From the NCBI GenBank assembly GCA_950097015.1, contig CATNEN010000001.1:25916001-25980000 (forward strand): a stretch of DNA of 64,000 nucleotides, written 5' to 3'. Made by a program: the position numbers and the translations under genes. This stretch comes from Macrostomum hystrix. Lineage: Eukaryota > Animalia > Platyhelminthes. The notes beneath the pieces are model-generated. The model did not search any database. It had not been told where the DNA came from and worked only from the letters and a program-made list of their open reading frames with translations. The stretch's first letter is position 1, and the number at the start of each line of letters is the position of its first letter. This document shows positions 1 through 11,396 of the stretch, piece after piece.

Positions 1-1878
1 GCTTGTGTGACGTCTTTTGGCACCGCATCCTCAGCTGCCACCCTGCCGATCACTTTCCATTGCACTGAGGACAAGCTGGGCATTGATAAGAGAATCACTA
101 AAATTGTGCTGCCCATTGGTACAGCAGTAAACATGAACGCAGCTGCGATGTACATGGCTGCGTTTGGTGTTTTCATGGCACAGGTTTTTGACATCAGACT
201 TACCCCTGTTCGGATAATAGCCACCAGGTGAGAAGTACTGTGTCACCTGCTAGACTTGAGTGTCACCTGTTAGACTGGAGTGTCACCTGCAAGACTGGAG
301 TGTCACCTGTTAGACTTGAGTGTCACCTGTTAGACTGGATTACCACCTGTTAGACTGGAGTGACAATATCAATGCAAATATTGTTTAAAGACTCATCTCT
401 TACTCAGTTCAACCCAGCAAAATATCGCTATATCAATCCGCAGCTTTCTAGCAATGATTGCTTCTGTTAGCACGCCTGGCGTACCTGGTGGCATTGCATA
501 TACAATAGGAATTGTGGCCTCTACTTTTGGCTTTCCGGCCTTAGCCGCATTTTACACTTGGGTTTGGACATGGCCAGTTGACTGGATAATGTGAGAGTCG
601 CATTTCTCTTTAATTAAACTTTCTACTTAAGGAGCTCGTAGAAAGGCAGACGGGCTTCCTGTGCTTCAAGGCTGTAATATTAAACAATAAGTCAAGAATA
701 TTAAATAATAAAGTTTGACCAGCCAGTGAAGTCATTAGGACAGCACGAGCATCATCCGCCCCAACTTTTGTTTTGAACTGAAACGTCAGACAGAAGCCGC
801 TCTTCAGACTATGCACGCTAACCAGAGACGACCAACCGTTGTATGTAGACGTCAGTGTTTGACCAGGACCGAGAATAGTTTCATTATGATTTTCCTGAAT
901 GGGAACTCTTACTTGAGTCGCTTTCTACAGTTTTGCTTTGTAGAAAACTGGTGTTTAAGGATCGTTCGTATTTTATGTTTAGAAGACATGAAGCGAAAAG
1001 GAGTGATGTCCTTTGTAGTACCAGTTACATGCAGTATCCTTTCTCTTTTTAGCTGCAGTGACAACACTTCCAACTGACTTAATATTCTATTTGTTTTCGC
1101 TTACAACCTTCAAGATCTTAGCACCCTGTGACCCTGTGCGATTATATCAGCAATACCGAGGCCAGAACATTCTTTCCTTGGACCCGTGGCGAAGTGCCCG
1201 GATCCACGTCTCATTAGATGAAGTTCCTCCTTATCGTAGTACCCCTAAGTACCCTAGCTCTAACGCATAGACAATCTATGCAATGTAGCATTTATTTTCT
1301 AACTCGTGGATCTCAGCGAATCTGAATGGATTAAGTCTCATTCTAACTGGTAGGTATCTGTCTTGCAGTGTTAGTAACAAGCGGTCACTACAATCACATA
1401 CCTCAAAAGCTGACTTACGAGTAAATAATACCGTGTCTGCACAAATTATAACCCCCAAAATTGCAGAGATAGATTCGGCACAGTCGTCAATGTCATGGGC
1501 GATGTCTTTTGTGCCGCGATTCTGCAGCACATTTGCACATTGGATGAAGAGAGCCCCTCGGAGATTCCGAACAGCGACATGGCTGAGGAGTTAAAAGAAA
1601 TTGACGAAGGTAAGTTAACAAAAAAGAATACTTTTTAAATAAGAGTACTAGTTAACAGCTTCTTGCAAATCGTTTGTAGTCTTTGGATCTTTTATAAGAT
1701 CAAACTGTACATCTGTCTCATCTAGCTATTCGTCTGTCTGAGTATTTAAGCAATTCTTATTTTAATACATCAGAAACATTCTGATGAATACATAAAATGA
1801 ACCCGATGCTTTCATGTAACCCCTGCTATTACATTTTCAGATCCCACTGATCAATCACCGCGTGGCAATGACATTTAG
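1..1878 (+). CDS. SLC1/SDF-family (EAAT/ASCT-like) amino-acid transporter, 3' part; exons <1-227, 444-590, 1467-1609, 1841-1878
   Basis: Translation gives the HP1 motif FGTASSAATLP, VLPIGTAVNMN (TM7), HP2 ASVSTPGVPGG, and VDWI|DRFGTVVNVMGD (TM8). GT-AG junctions keep the frame to TAG at 1876-1878. Confidence 0.88.
238..361. repeat. 20-bp intronic minisatellite (GTGTCACCTGTTAGACTGGA), about 6 copies
   Basis: Direct tandem units visible just after the exon donor. Confidence 0.9.
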
Positions 1879-2206
1879 AGTCACCAAAACAGAGATAATA
1901 CTGTGGTTTTTGCGAAAATGTCTGTACTTTTTAATACGTATGTTTGCCGCTTTCTTTTAATTCTCAGTGAAATACACAAAATGCTCGAGCACAAAGCATT
2001 ATCGACACATTTTCTTGCTTGTCGTCAATATTCTTATCATAATATGACAATTATATATAGTTGCATTCAATTTTCAAGAAAAAATAACTAAATACCTATT
2101 AGTATTATACTAGCAAGTTTTGCCCCCCTTCGGGGAGCAGAAATATTTTTAATTCGTCTTCTATATACTTTTTAGCAGCTGTATTTTCAGCTTTTTGAGG
2201 CTAAAA

Positions 2207-2890
2207 TGATCACCCAGTTGACAATGATCCCCCAGTTGACAATGATACCCCCGTTGACAATGATCCCCCAGTTGACGATTTTCCCCCAGTTGACAATGAT
2301 CCCCCAGTTGACAATGATCCCCAGTTGACAATGATCCCCCAGTTGACAATTTTCCCCCAGTTGACAATGATCCCCCAGTTGACAATGATCCCCCAGTTGA
2401 CAATTTTCCCCCAGTTGACCATGATCCCCCAGTTGAAAATCGTCCCCCCAGTTGACAATGATACCCCAGTTGATAATGTTCCTCCAGTTGACAATGATCA
2501 CCCAGTTGACAATGATCACCCAGTTGACAATGATGCCCGAGTTGACAATGATACCCCAGTTGACAATGATCCCCCAGTTGACAATGATACCCCAGTTGAC
2601 AATGATCCCCCAGTTGACAATTTTTCCCCAGTTGACAATGATCCCCCAGTTGACAATGATACCCCAGTTGACAATGATCCCCCAGTTGACAATTTCCCAC
2701 CCCCCCAGTTGACAATGATCCCCAGTTGACAATGATCCCCCAGTTGTTGATGATCACCCAGTTGACAATGATCCCCCCGTTGACAATGATCCCCCAGTTG
2801 ACAATGATCTCCCAGTTGACATTGATCCCCCAGTTGACAACGATCCCCCAGTTGACCATGATCCCCCCAGTTGACGATTATCCCCCAGTT
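2207..2890. repeat. 18-bp minisatellite (TTGACAATGATCCCCCAG)
   Basis: About 37 tandem units; explains the repetitive ORFs at 2161-2926. Confidence 0.95.
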
Positions 2891-3595
2891 CTGGTTTAGC
2901 CATGATTCAAACGCTGGGTTAGCCATGATTCAAGCTCTGGTTTAGCCATGATTCTAACTCTGGTTGGCTATGATTCAAACTCTCGTTGGTCATGATTCAA
3001 ACTCTCGTTGGTCATGATTCAAACTCTGGTTGGTCATGATTGAAACTCTGGTTTAGCCATAATTAAGACTCTATTTTAGCCATGATTCAAACTCTGGTTT
3101 AGCCTTAATTCAAACTCTGGTTAAGCCATGATTCAAACTCTGGTTTAGCCATGATTCAAACATTAATTTTGCCATGATTCAAACTCTGGTTTAGCCATGA
3201 TTCAAACGCTGGGTTAGCCATGATTCAAACTCTGGTTTAGCCATGATTCAAACTCGGGTTTTGCAATGATTCAAACTCGGGTTTTGCAATGATTTAAACT
3301 CGGGTTTTGCCATGATTCAAACTCTGGTTTTGCCATGACTTAATGTTTGGTTTAGCCATGATTCAGACTCTGGTTTAGCCATGATTCAGACTCTGGTTTA
3401 GCCATGATTCAAATTCTGGTTTAGCCATGATTCAAACTCTGGTTTAGCCATGATTCAAACTCTCGTTGGCCATGATTCAAACTCTGGATGGCTATGATTC
3501 AAACTCTCGTTGGCCATGATTCAAACTCTCGTTGGCCATGATTCAAACTCTGGATGGCTATGATTCAAACTCTCGTTGGCCATGATTCAAACCCT
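2891..3595. repeat. 23-bp minisatellite (ATTCAAACTCTGGTTTAGCCATG)
   Basis: About 30 tandem units abutting the 18-bp array. Confidence 0.95.
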
Positions 3596-5494
3596 GAGTT
3601 TGAATTTTCCGCCGTCTTTCTGGCCGTAGCCGTAGCCGTCAGCGTAGACGTAGCCGGCGTCTTCGAAGGCGACAGCGGCGACGGTGGCAGCTGCTGGCTG
3701 CGGCGGCGTGGCCCTAGGCGGCGACGGCGAATCGCGACGCGTCTAGTCGATGGACAGGGCGAGGGCGAGTATTTGTCAGTAGGCTAAAATGTTGTGATGT
3801 GGAGTGTGCTACGGGAATCGAGTGGGAATGTGAGCCAGCAGAATTTTTCGAATTTTTAGCAATTTATAATCGCGACCCAACAAGCAGCTGGCCACAAGAA
3901 CAAGATCATTAATCTTAGGACGAATCCCCTCTCCCTGGATCTGTTCTAGACCCCCATAGAAGTGACTGATCGCGGGCCATAACTTTATTGTATGAGCTAG
4001 TTTAGGTCATAATTCCCCTCCAAACCGCGATCAGATATCGGAAATCACTCAGGCATCTCAAGTGATCAATAATTCTTCATGTCCCCACTTCTTTAGTGTA
4101 GTCCGAGCCCATCTCGATTATATGACTTTTCCTCTTAGATACATGTAATGTCACTGTAGGCAGGTCGGCGCCTGCGCTTCCCATTGTCCTGGCGGAGTAA
4201 CAATTATTGGCCGACTGCCGGCGGCTGCTCATAAAGGAGCATCTGTCGTTTCTCGCCGCCGGTTCATTGGGTAATCGGGGCGGCCATCGCCGCTTCGATT
4301 CCTCGATGACAGGCTGGCGCGGATGTGGGTTATTTTGATGAATGTCGTGGTTGGCGTGCTGCAGGACTATTTAAGCAAGCGCGATGCGCTGCTCCCTCTT
4401 GGACCCGGGCTCAGACCCGGAAACCGGACCTTCCCTCCGCAAACTTGCGACTCCCTCGGACCCGTGGGCTCACCTTAGTCCGCGGACTCCTGAAGCCGAG
4501 TCCCTTTACCTACTTCGGAGTCTAACTCCACCAACTTAGGGCTTAGACCCTAGAGCTTTAAGCTCAACTAGCGCTTACAGGCCCATTGCCTGTCTATAAG
4601 CCCCGAATAGGGCAAGCCACCTCTTTAGGTGAGCTCTCAAATTGCGCTTTGCGCCCGCCAGTGTTTTGGCCCCTGCCAGCCCACAGTTAGCTTTCTCCTT
4701 TCCCTTTCCTCGCTAATCTTGCACTGCCCCTCCCTCGAGAACTACAGGCCTGCAGCACGCGACCGGCACTTCAGCTAAGTAACCCGCGTAGCGGCCGTTA
4801 ATTGTTACTTCTAAGGGACTTTTACTTCTAGCTAGGCGGCACAATAGTGGGGAAGGGCATCGGGAATTTCAGCATAATACACTAGTCATTGCTAGCCAAC
4901 TATTTCACATTAGGCCAATTTAATTACAATTTAAATTCATTCCTTGTCCGCCTCTATTTTTATTTCTCTGTTAGACAGCTCTCCTTTTTGAGTGGCTAAT
5001 CTTCTAGGGGATGGGCTCTGGTGATGCCGAGCTGAAGGCTGCGGCAGGAAGACACTGTAAGCGCGTACGAGAGTAATAAGGAGCTAGTGTAATAAAATGA
5101 ATGTCCTAGCTGGAGCGTGAGGAATTTAAAGCTAGCGACTATTCACTATTCACCGGGGTCGGTGTCCTACCAATCGGTTCAATAGCAGCAGGGAATCTGG
5201 AATTAAATAGTGTTAGAGACTGGTAGCGAGCGAAGTGGAATAGATAAGCGATGAGACCCGTGTCGTCCCCCGGCCCGGCGAAACTCCCAATGAAAAAGAA
5301 TAACACAGTGTGAACACAAGACTCGAATAATTTGATTAGAAGTGATTTGATCAGCTGTGACTCAGATACGAATAGGAATTACTTTGAATATAGTTTACTT
5401 GACTTAAAAGTTATACTGACAGAATAGATGTTCGCACAGAAATAAATTATAGCGCGCTCACAGTGAGAAGCAAGTCTGGCCTAACAATTTGGAT

Positions 5495-6240
5495 ATAACA
5501 ATTTTACCTAACTGGCCTGATCCGCGCCCTACTCTTCCCGAGAGGCTCCGGTTGTCTCTGCTTTCAGCGCTGCCCCGACAAATCCTATCGGTTGGCACTC
5601 CTTCTGCCGGACGGCGGAGTCTCCGAAGAGAGCACGTACTGACTTCGACAACCAGCGCCTATCTAGACCACCCTTGTCAGCGGCGCACTCTCAAGACGCG
5701 TAGCGCCGAAAGCTACCTAACTGAACAAGCGGAGCGTGGTCGGGCGGGGAAGGACAAAACAAGTGGACTTAATTTGCTGGCGCGTGCTTCTCACAGTGTG
5801 AGGCGAATTGATAATTTGCACGTGCTTCTCACAGTGTGAGGCGGATTGCAGAAAAAGATAATTTTGGACTACCAAAAACACGCTTCGTTATATAGAGTCA
5901 ATTCAACCCCAAACTAGGTCGATCGGCGAGGTGGATGCCTGGCTGTAGCTTGAGCCAAGGTGACAAATCACAGTAGACTAGCGACCGCCGTTCTGAGCCC
6001 CGGGGTTGCTTCTTGCCGAGGGTAGACAGGTAGTGAGGCCAGGTCGCTCGCTGATTGGCCGGGACCGTAGCCCAGGGGTAGCGCTCGCGGGGTGGTGGGC
6101 GTCCGTTCCCCCAGCTGGTCCGGCCCGGCTTGGCGTGGGTGACTCTTAGCAAAAAACACACGCGTCTAAAAATAGATAATTAAGCACTGAAAAATAACAC
6201 GGGGAGATAGAAGTACAAACAAGCTGACACTACACTAGGG
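5495..6240. repeat. Non-coding interspersed repeat, copy A (homologous to 16305-16990); possibly LTR-retroelement derived
   Basis: Shared blocks such as ATCCTATCGGTT-GCACTCCTTCTGC--GACGGCGGAGTCTCCGA-GAGAGCAC and GGCGCACTCTCAAGACG...AGCTACCTAACTGA. Confidence 0.75.
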
Positions 6241-7864
6241 ATTCGCGAGCAGATGCGGAGGTAGCATGTGCATTTCTTTCCAGGGGGTGGGGGGAATCCT
6301 TGGCCGGCTTTCCTTCTCCCTCTTGGGCGGGCTCACAAGTGTACGTGTCGAACTCCCTTTCCAATGGAGTTTTCCCCTTATCGCCCTATCATATCATATC
6401 ATATCATATCATTCTGGCTATGGATTCTCATTCGAGTTCTTAGTACCACCTTTCTAGACTCCTGTGGCGCGAATTCAGGAATCCCCTTTGAGGCGTGTCT
6501 CATTCCATTCTGGGGCTCTCACCCCAGTCTAAAACGGAAGTTGCAGAATGCCCTATTTTTCGGCTTGTCTAGATCTGCGTGATAAACTAGGAGCTGTGTA
6601 CTCCGGGACCCAAGTTCCCAAATGCCTGCGGTGGCAACGTAGGCGCATTGGGTGGTGGCGCTACCCTAGATCATCTATTCGCTTTGCCGATAGCCTTTCC
6701 GCAGTTCTGTGGCAAGAGCCTAGACCAGTTCGACCACCGCTACCAAAGCTAGGAGTCAGTGGCGTACCGCACTACTGACGACAGTAGGCTACCTAGCCCT
6801 GTCTTGTCCGATTCCGGATAATACGACGCCCCCGTTAGACTTTTCGCCGGTTTCGAGCATAGCTTGGGGTAAGCACGGCAGTCATGCCTGTGGCCTATGG
6901 GACGAGTGGGACTGGCCAGCCTGAGGCCAAAAGGACCACTCCCTGCATCCATCGAACCTCCTCGTCTCCTCTTTCCTCCTTACCCTCTCTCGGCGGCATC
7001 TCGCGAGTAGCCAGGCAGATAGCCATTCGACTCCATCGCCATCTCCAAGCTCCCACCTTTCACGAGGGCAGGTCAGTGGCTTGCAAAACTCCCTAACCAT
7101 TTCAGTTGTCAAAATTTCATTGGCTACAAGAGTTCACGCGCTATGTGGCTCGGGTGGTTTGAAAAGGCGTGCCCCGCTATTTTCTAAATATAGCAACGAA
7201 AGCCAATGGGCGCGGTAAGCGCTTTTATTAAGAGGAACTACCTGCTGGAATCAGCCATGCCGTACAAAAATCAGACTACTCAAGTAGTGCAAAAGAGTGC
7301 GTGCAACTACCGAGAAATCAAATTTTCGTAACCGTTCCGGTGCAGGTCCTGGCAATAGATAGTAGATAGCGAGAAAGAGCGAGCAAAGCGAGCTCTTTCG
7401 AGATTGCTTGCCGCAGCCAATCAAGCTGAAAGCACGCACACAAGATCACCGGAAACGATTAAGGCAGCTGGAAAACCAATGGGCGCGGCTGTCACTTTCA
7501 ACGGGACCAGAATTGATAATTTGTATTAGATCGCAATGTGGTTAACTTATTTTTATAAAATCCGTGTTCTCCTGACATTCTAAGCCACGAAGTGGCGACT
7601 AATTGGATAATGCAATAACTTTGCCCCGTCCAAAACAGAGACGCAATAAAGCTACATTTGGCCGATGCTGCTAGGCCAATAAAGAACTCCAAAGCATCCA
7701 AGGAGAAGCGGAGAGCCACATCTCAGCTACTGCCGGGTGCCGCGATTGGATCTACGGGCATGTTAAAACGCTCGAAAGATGAAAAATTCCGCGAGCTAGC
7801 ATTGGCTGTCGGAAAACCTGACACTTTATAAGCATTTAGCTTTCTTACTTACATTTCTCTAGAA

Positions 7865-8572
7865 ATGTTTCGCAAGCAGGGCATTCTCACTGGCGCAGTC
7901 TCAGTGGCACTCCTGTTCTGTGTGGCAGCCAGGACAGTTGAGTTCTCCTATATCGGCTGCTTCGTTGACAACCCTGACAGGGACCTGAATGGACTGAGTG
8001 GCATCCTCAGCATCAGTGGGCTGGTAGTTGACACTGGCCGCATCAATTCAGCCAGCAACTCGCATGAGTTCTGCAGCAGCGTCTGCTCACTGGGCGGCTT
8101 TGCCTACTTCGGTGTGCAGTTCAGATTGAATTGCTGGTGTGGCAACTCATTCGGCGCACACAGAAAAGCTAGTGACAGCGACTGCAACATGACGTGCACT
8201 GGAAACCCGCTGCAGAAGTGCGGAGCGGCCTGGAGGAACTCGATTTTTGCCCTCTCGTACCCCAGTGAGTTGTCTTTAAATGCCTGATATGATCTGACGG
8301 TCTCTGAAACGTTTCAATTCGCCTTCTTTTCAGTGAAAAACTTTTTCAAGCCAGCACCGAGGCCAGATAAGACTGTGGAAGCCACTCAGCAGACATTCTG
8401 GACGGTCCCGGCCTTGGTCGAGCTCGACTGCCTGTTTCAGCGCGAGGCCCAGGCTGCCAACTGTCAGGCTGTGATCTTCTCAGGCCAGCAGCAGCTGTGC
8501 CACCTGCTCCGGTTCGCCCACCCGCCCGCCAACCTGAGCAGCTCAACTGGAGACTACTACCTGCGTGGCTGA
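7865..8572 (+). CDS. Secreted WSC-domain + PAN/Apple-like protein, paralogue 1; exons 7865-8264, 8334-8572
   Basis: Signal-peptide-like N-terminus; WSC pattern YIGCF.D...FC...C...YFGVQ....C.CG...C...C.GN....CG; phase-1 GT-AG intron; C-terminal C...C.....C.AV.F......C module, with one Cys replaced by Arg in this copy. Confidence 0.85.
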
Positions 8573-10462
8573 TCCTACACGTGTGGACAGCATAGAAACA
8601 CATGCCGAAAATCATGTGAGCAGTCACAGGCATGACTGCCGTGCTTACCCCAAGCTATCATGTGACACTTCTGTCCGCTAGAGACGCTAATCTACAAAAT
8701 ATAGTTTTCAGTAAAACCTTAATATCTCATCCTGAACCTTAAAAGAAAATCCCTATATTTTAAGTTGAGATATTTTTTGCCTCGGACTCTCAAATAAACA
8801 AAAAGTACGGCTGTCAAGACAAATGAACTGAGTTTTTAGTTTAGTAAGCTGTCCTGAATTTGCCGTCAACTGAGTTTATTTAATTGTTTCATTAAGAAAA
8901 GCATATGCTTCAGAAACTTCAATAACAAAGATGCACGAGTATGTCGCTTATAAGTTGATTGGGGTTGGGCAGAGAGAGAGAGTGGGGAGGGGGTTGAGAC
9001 GACCAACCTCTCAGGGGTAGAAAGTGTGCAAAAGTTAGCATGCATGTACATACTGATCTAAAGTAGAAGCAGGCATAACAATAGACGAAGCCTTCTCAAC
9101 AAGATTAAATAAATATTTTAAATGATAAGAAGATTCTTAGCTATTTTTCAGAGCATATCTTCTAGGAACAATTTTTGAAACACTTGTTACTTTTTAAATC
9201 ACTTGTTTTTCAAACATTTGGAATGCCACACAAAACAGTTTTTCTAATTCGTATCTCACTCACTAGCGGTCTGTTTACTGTCTGTCTTGTCTACTATTTA
9301 CACTTGTCTCTAGCAGCACTGAATTGCTCTCGTTTTCTGCTTTGAGTGCATTATCAACAGCGCAGATGATTTTCCCCTGTCTCAGATAGTCTATTTGAAT
9401 TCCTGTCTTTGCCAATCCTCCTTAAGAATTCTGCAAGCTACCAGCCTCATGGAACGAATCTAATGATTGTACAGATGAGCGCTCTTGACTGCGATGGTCC
9501 TGGGCACCAGAGGGTGTGCAAAATCTTCTTACCCTCGAATGCAGCTTGAGTAGCCAACTAGATAGTAGTCGGCTGCTGACATTCATTGACTCAATAAAGT
9601 TGATTATTACTCAATTTTCGGCGCCTGTGCTTCGAAAACACTACTGAAGCGAGTAGTCGGGCTGGTCATTAATATTTTCACAAAATAATAGAGTATTTCA
9701 GGCTTCAAAGATCAAATGTTTAACTCTACATCAAAAAAATTTTCGCAGTAAGAGACAGTCTTTCGTTCAGTTCAGACTGTCCGGGACTGAACGAATCGAA
9801 AACTTAACCAAATTGTATTTTAACCAATAACTGGGCAAACATATAAACAAGAGATATGGAGTGAGTGGGTAAGAGCTGAAAGTAGCGGGGTAAGGAAAGA
9901 GAGATGAACAGCTAGCCAATCAGACACGAGGAAGAGGAAAGAGAAATGAAGGCTAGTAATAAGAATTTAAACCGCTGGAGAGAGGAGAAAGTACAGTTGG
10001 AGGGCGCACGTACGTAAACAATACCTACCGAATGTTTTAGTTTTGTACATTGCAATTTTATTCTCTTACGGTTTTCATTACTAAATAACCTATCATAAGT
10101 CTGAAATTTAATACACTACCGACTAGTAATATGTGCTTGACCTTCTACTTGTGTTCCTCTTGCAATTAAGTATGAATTAGTTAATTTAATGGTCTCTTGA
10201 ACTAAAAAGCAGCAGAATAACAAGCCATCATTCAGTAAATCTCACACGCAACTTCGGGGGTCTTTTACGAACTGCAACTTAAGACTGACTCCTAAGTTCC
10301 AACTTAGGCTCGTACTTAAGACTGAGCCGTAAATGCGATTGAGAAACACTTAGGAGTCACTTCTAACCTCGATCTTAGCTAAGGTCGAGCCAAGGACTTC
10401 TATATAATAACATCTATTATAGACTGTTATAGATCTTATAGATAAGATAATTATAGATCAGT

Positions 10463-11073
10463 TGGACTGCGGTTTCCAAGACGCGACCCTGCGGCCTGAA
10501 GACGTTTAATCGACCGATCAAGAGAAACGCCGCTTACCATTCGTCGGATGAGACTACCGCTGTCTCATCTGCCTCTACAAGCGATACGTCAGCCTGCGTC
10601 CCGCCAACTGCTCGAAGCAGCAGCTCTTTTTGTCCTGGTTTCGCAGTGAAGCTGCTGTTAGTGCTGGGAAGTGGTTCCAGAACCAGGTTCTCGGGCGACA
10701 CACTCTCGACTCTGTAGTGCGGACGCTGATGGACGGTCTACCTGAGCCGACCACTGGTTGCTACAGCAATCAGTCCCTGCGGAAGACATGTGCCACAACA
10801 TTGCGTGATGTTGGGATGTCGAGGCCTGAGATTGCCAAGGTTACTGGTCACAGTTCCGCTGCGCTTGAACGCTACATAGGCCCATCGGCCAAGGTTATGA
10901 GGATTGCTTCCGACGCTTTGCAGGACTCCAGTCGTCCGACGAACGTCAGTGGTCCATCAAGCGGGCAACCTGCTGTATCGGAGCCTGGCCGAAACTCCGG
11001 TAAGTCCACTGCTGGCCACGGGGTCAAGTCTCTTGTCACCGAGGGTGGCAGGATCGAGATCAAATTCGACTAA
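10463..11073 (+). pseudogene. Crypton-like (DUF3504-type) tyrosine recombinase A, 5'-truncated, with a frameshift near 10550
   Basis: SKTRPCGLK, then a frameshift, then RCLICLYKRYVSLRP..LFL..WFQNQVLGRHTL..YSNQSLRKTCATTL...G....I..VTGHSS..LERY, the typical C-terminal half of Crypton/ZMYM/KCTD1-type YRs. Confidence 0.8.
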
Positions 11074-11396
11074 CGATGTTTACCTCACGCTGGGTATTGA
11101 CCGTTACTGCCACTGGCTATTAACTACTTAGTTGTTGCTTATTCTACTTGTTTAAACATGTTTGAAACGTTTCGCGTCAATAAATGATTTGCGGCTCATT
11201 ATTTGGCGCCCATTATACGGTTTAATGGGCCCCGTTTTCGGGACCATTGTCCAAAATGTCTATGGTAATTTAATTCAAGGCAATGACATTCATACAATGA
11301 CCGGTCATTGTTTGGAATTTTTAGAATAATTTTTTTAAGTTAACGCGTATAGTTTAAACTTAACAAATGACAAACAAGTTTTAGTTTTAGTAAAAA

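Larger units (their letters stand above)
2110..4100 (-). mobile_element. Putative non-autonomous Helitron carrying two minisatellites; right (5') boundary uncertain
   Basis: On the minus strand a GC hairpin (2121-2139) lies 7 nt before CTAG (2113-2110), which is followed by T: the Helitron 3'-end signature. No clean 5' TC terminus was found. Confidence 0.4.

Noticed and set aside
4155-4579. Solo LTR TGTAGG...CTTACA
   Set aside because: A TATA-like motif is present, but the flanks (GTCAC/GGCCC) are not a TSD and there is no PBS or poly(A) signal; left unannotated.
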